Shown: positions 60,502-64,000 of the stretch, in pieces
How positions within the stretch are numbered: the stretch's first letter is position 1
Layout of the letters: each line of letters begins with the position of its first letter
From: Diplonema japonicum
Taxonomy: Eukaryota; Protista; Euglenozoa: Diplonemea
Assembly (NCBI GenBank): GCA_964019335.1
Contig: OZ025735.1
Span: 310,001 to 374,000 of the forward strand
Direction: 5' to 3'
DNA length: 64,000 nt
Made by a program: the position numbers and the translations under genes
The notes under the pieces: generated by a model
What the model saw: only the letters and a program-made list of their open reading frames with translations
What the model was told of the DNA's origin: nothing
Database searches by the model: none

Positions 60502-61512
60502 ATGGAGGCTCACACAGCGTTAACAGAGTTTCTCATAAACGGGAAAACACACTTTGTATACCAGAAGCTCGACCGGGAAAAAGTGGAGATCCTTCTCATC
60601 AACGACGACCTGAGCTGCTACAGAGGGGTTGCGGCGGTGGCCACCATAAAACCAGAAGGGTTTAGAAAGGGCGCTTACATCGAGATTTTGAAGAACGCTT
60701 TGAAGGTGCAGGACAGCTCGGGGGAGAGCTTCAGCTACGAGATCAAAGAAGGCAAGCGCGACACGCTCAAGTTCAGCGTGCTGTTCAAGGTCCAGGACGG
60801 GCACATCTTCGTCAAGGGCGCAGAGTTCATCCTAAAACTCGTCACGGATAAATCAGCAGCGATAACAGAATTTTTGAGAAAACTCGCCATATTATCAGGT
60901 GGGGCCTCGGCAGCCATGTCGGAGGTCAAAACGTTGAAGCACGACAGGGAGCGGTTCAGAGCGCTGACAGACGAAGCCGCGCAACAGCGGTTAAAAAGCG
61001 AAGAATCGATGTTGACAGGAATGGTGTGGGTGCTGAATGAGAAGAAAAGCAAGCTGAAGGAATTCGCCGACGATATCGAAGCCGTTGAGCGGGACAAGAA
61101 GCTGTTAGAATCGATTGTGGAAAACAAAGACAAAAAGATGGAGAAAATGGAGGCAGAGGTATCACAGCTCAAAGCCGAGCTCAGCAAGACGAGAATAAAG
61201 CTTAACGTAGCGCTGATGGCGGATCCTGTGAGCGTGAACAAAACCGCAGCCGGTACCAAACGAACGTACGATGAGTCGGCAGACTCATATCCAGACTTCA
61301 CCACCATCGCAGCCGTTGCATCGCCTGATGTGAAAAAACAGCTTTTTGCGTCCCCAGTCCGGCAGGTGGGCAGGCAGACTTCTGACGTGTCCCGGACCTC
61401 CGTCGGCTCCCGCGTGCACTCCACCAAGAAGCCCCGTCGGTCTGATGGTTCGAATGACGAGACCCGCAACGACGGCCTTATTACAGTACACGATTTGCTG
61501 GATTCTGATTGA
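60502..61512 (+). CDS. XRCC4: XRCC4-like NHEJ factor
   Basis: Beta-rich head, then a coiled coil with MVWVLNEKKSKLKE (cf. the XRCC4 ligase-IV-binding F..VLNEKK.KI), then a disordered tail. Confidence 0.75.
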   Translation: MEAHTALTEFLINGKTHFVYQKLDREKVEILLINDDLSCYRGVAAVATIKPEGFRKGAYIEILKNALKVQDSSGESFSYEIKEGKRDTLKFSVLFKVQDGHIFVKGAEFILKLVTDKSAAITEFLRKLAILSGGASAAMSEVKTLKHDRERFRALTDEAAQQRLKSEESMLTGMVWVLNEKKSKLKEFADDIEAVERDKKLLESIVENKDKKMEKMEAEVSQLKAELSKTRIKLNVALMADPVSVNKTAAGTKRTYDESADSYPDFTTIAAVASPDVKKQLFASPVRQVGRQTSDVSRTSVGSRVHSTKKPRRSDGSNDETRNDGLITVHDLLDSD

Positions 61513-61750
61513 AAAAAAAAAAAAAAGAAAAAAGGCTTTATCCCCCCTCTTTCATGCACATTACACACTTCCCCTCTCGGTTAGACTTTTTTTTTTTTTT
61601 ATTGAATACCCAATCTCTTCGTTTTATCTTAAGGAGAAAGGGGAAAACAAAACCAAGAAAAAAAAAAAAAAAGCCGGAGGGAGTGTAGTCTTTCCCCTCC
61701 TCCCTCTTTCTTCATCGCCAGAAAGAAAATATAATACAGGAGGGAAGGGG

Positions 61751-61778
<28 letters not shown>

Positions 61779-61782
<4 letters not shown>

Positions 61783-63242
61783 AAGTACATAAACCGCGAA
61801 CCGGTCGGGGCTACTCGAGTAAGAAAAACAACAAAAAACCGTCAGTATGCTTGTTGTTCATAATGCCGAATGAGGTGGTGACCGCGTGTGTGGAGTTTCT
61901 CTCGGATAAAGAAGTGCTTGGGGTCGAACTGGCGTGCAAGAAAATGAAACAATTCGTGGAGGTCTACCGCATATGGGAAACAATGTTCAAACAGAAGAAA
62001 TGGCGCGCCCCTGTATCACCGCCGGACAGCTGGAAGCAGTACTACCACACCGTCATGAAACAGAGGGAAGTCGCGATAAAGGAGAAGATCAACAACGTCT
62101 CCTGCACGCTGTGCTGGAGGGTCGACTTCCCAATCGCAAAAGAACCGTTCAAAAAACGATCCAGAGAATTCGAATTCTCACATGACGCTCTGGGAAGCCC
62201 TATAAAATGGCAGATTGAATCTGAATTGAAACAAACAGTCTCTTACGAACAAGCTGCAATACGGATCTGGACGACAAACAGCTGGACACCCGAAACTACA
62301 GATCACTATTACGGGTCGCATTGCACTGTGTCCGTTCGAGACTGCCACGACAAGGAGGACCTGCTTCAGGAAACGACGATTGACATCGACAACAGCAAAG
62401 ACTTACGGTTCGACGCCGTTCTTCTACCGGAAAACCGGGAGCTTCTGTTGAAGGTGAACCTCACCCTTGCCCTTGAAGTCGCTGTTCCATTGGAACCCTT
62501 CTACACACTAATATCACATGAACCCTCCGACTCCGTTCGTATCGGCTACTGCAGAGCAATATTCGAAATCGCAAGATGCAAACGAAAGCACGGAAGTACG
62601 TTTATCCAACAGTGCGACAGCAACGTGGGTATCCTAGTCAATCTGGCAGCTAGCAACGATACATCAAATAAATTGAAGGTTTGGAAGAAGAAAAAAAAAA
62701 AAAAAAAAAAATTGTAGGCTGAGGTTTTCCAAGCGTTGTTCAACTTATTGTCGCCTTCGAGTGTGTTCATTCCCGATGAGCTGGCGGGGGGGTTGATGAA
62801 CACGTGTATTGATGTTATAACAGAGGCAGCGCTTCCTGCTGTTGAGGAGCGTGAGGCGTTGCATTTAAGCGTGGTGCTGGCGCAGAATGCGTTGGGGAGT
62901 GCGTTTAACCTTTTGGTGCACCCTGTGTCGAAAAAGCTCCTCACCGCTCCCGTTCTCCGCCAAATGGAGAAGCTTCTCTCCTGTCCCGCGTACAAACTTT
63001 GTAACTTTAGCGTTATCACGGTGGTCCTTACTGCCGTGCACTGGGGTACCCTGCCTGCTTCGCACGCTGACGATGTCGTGGCTCATTACATGGCAGCGAA
63101 CAACCCCCTCGATCCTGACTGCACGGGGGTGGCTTGGGACGAGTCTGATATTGCAGCGTACTTCCTTCCCTTGCTGCGGTCCAAAAACCTGACTTGCGTT
63201 GTATTTGCCACGTGGTGCATTACGGCATTTTATCATGATTGA
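61779..63242 (+). CDS. F-box protein with beta-sandwich (MATH-like) and helical-repeat regions
   Basis: LLFIMPNEVVTACVEFLSDKEVLGVELACKKM...IW...W..YY F-box. Exons 61779-62678 and 62718-63242 (39-nt intron). Confidence 0.72.
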
Positions 63243-64000
63243 GGGAGGGGGGGGGGGGGGGATTTCTTTTTCTTTTTTTCTTCCCATATGAGCTCGTCCG
63301 GATTTTAAAAAAAAAAAAAAAAAAAAGAAAGAAAGAAAATGTCAATATTTCTTTTTTTTGAACTTTTTATGTTGACCATTCCAAAGGGCGCAACGGAGAA
63401 GCAGATGTAGTACTGCAAAAAGACACCGGTGGAAAAAAAAAAAAAGGAAAAAAAAAAAAAAGGCGTTTGTTTTACCATTGGGGGGGGTTTTTTTTTTATT
63501 TGTCCCCCCCGTTTTATGTTTCCCGTCAGAAGACAAAATGGGGGGTGGAGTGGGGGAGGAAACAAAGATGGGGGAGTTTTTTTTTTTACCCCCCTTTTTT
63601 TTTCGGTACTGTATTTTATTTCAGAAAATGAATAAGAACAAAAGCAAAAAAAAAGAAAGAAAAAAAAAAAAAGAAAAAAAGCGAAACAAACAAACAAAAT
63701 GAAAAGAAACACAAGCATTTACACAACATGGGTGAGGTACTTTTTCTTTTTTTTTTGTTCCCCCCCTCAAATTCTTCTTTTTTTGAGATGATGAGAACAA
63801 GGAGGGCGTCTTACAAAGACCTCCTTTAACTCACTTTCTCTTTTTCTTTTTCTTTTCTGTATCACTTCATCTTTATATCTTTATGGAGAAGAGTGAAAAA
63901 GAATGTGGAGGAACGAAGAAAATAGCTATGTATTCACAACAAAATAATGAATTTTCTGTCACTCGAGTGAAATAAAAAAAGTTTTTTTTTTTTTTCCCCC

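Noticed and set aside
63369-63430. MLTIPKGATEKQM, reminiscent of a J-domain start
   Set aside because: Only 13 codons before a stop, with no HPD motif or linkable exon.
1-64000. tRNA or rRNA genes and prokaryotic operon/defence-system interpretation
   Set aside because: No cloverleaf or rRNA-like sequence recognised; gene content and spliceosomal introns are eukaryotic.

Overview
Eukaryotic nuclear DNA, most likely from a diplonemid or related euglenozoan protist. This is inferred from 22 protein genes all on the + strand in one uninterrupted cluster, pyrimidine-tract/AG sites followed by poly(A) leaders before start codons, tiny GT(A/T)TG..AG introns and homopolymer-rich spacers. Gene order: TAGT/base-J-glucosyltransferase-like GT-A enzyme, CCP5, ATPase-only Hsp70, POLD3-like, RING, SWIM, a ~4.9-kb transposon island (two related decayed piggyBac elements flanking a non-LTR retroelement fragment), SCO1, a large E2(UBC) multidomain protein, two tandem ProRS genes, a double-adenylation-domain enzyme, two type I membrane proteins, YEATS, an orphan, ERGIC3, PUB, Hydin, PP2A B'', MKKS/BBS6-like, XRCC4-like and an F-box protein. 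The most striking signals are: (1) cis-introns crowded at the 3' ends of genes (20 of 26 positions in the last fifth of the CDS; Hydin has an 11.8-kb first exon then five introns); (2) many introns with poly(A)/purine tracts instead of a polypyrimidine tract; (3) a compact DNA-glycosyltransferase candidate; (4) an E2 protein with nested domains (C2 inside a split WWE); and (5) a ProRS pair with a possible mitochondrial presequence and mosaic homogenisation. All gene models and domain calls were made by eye without database searches.
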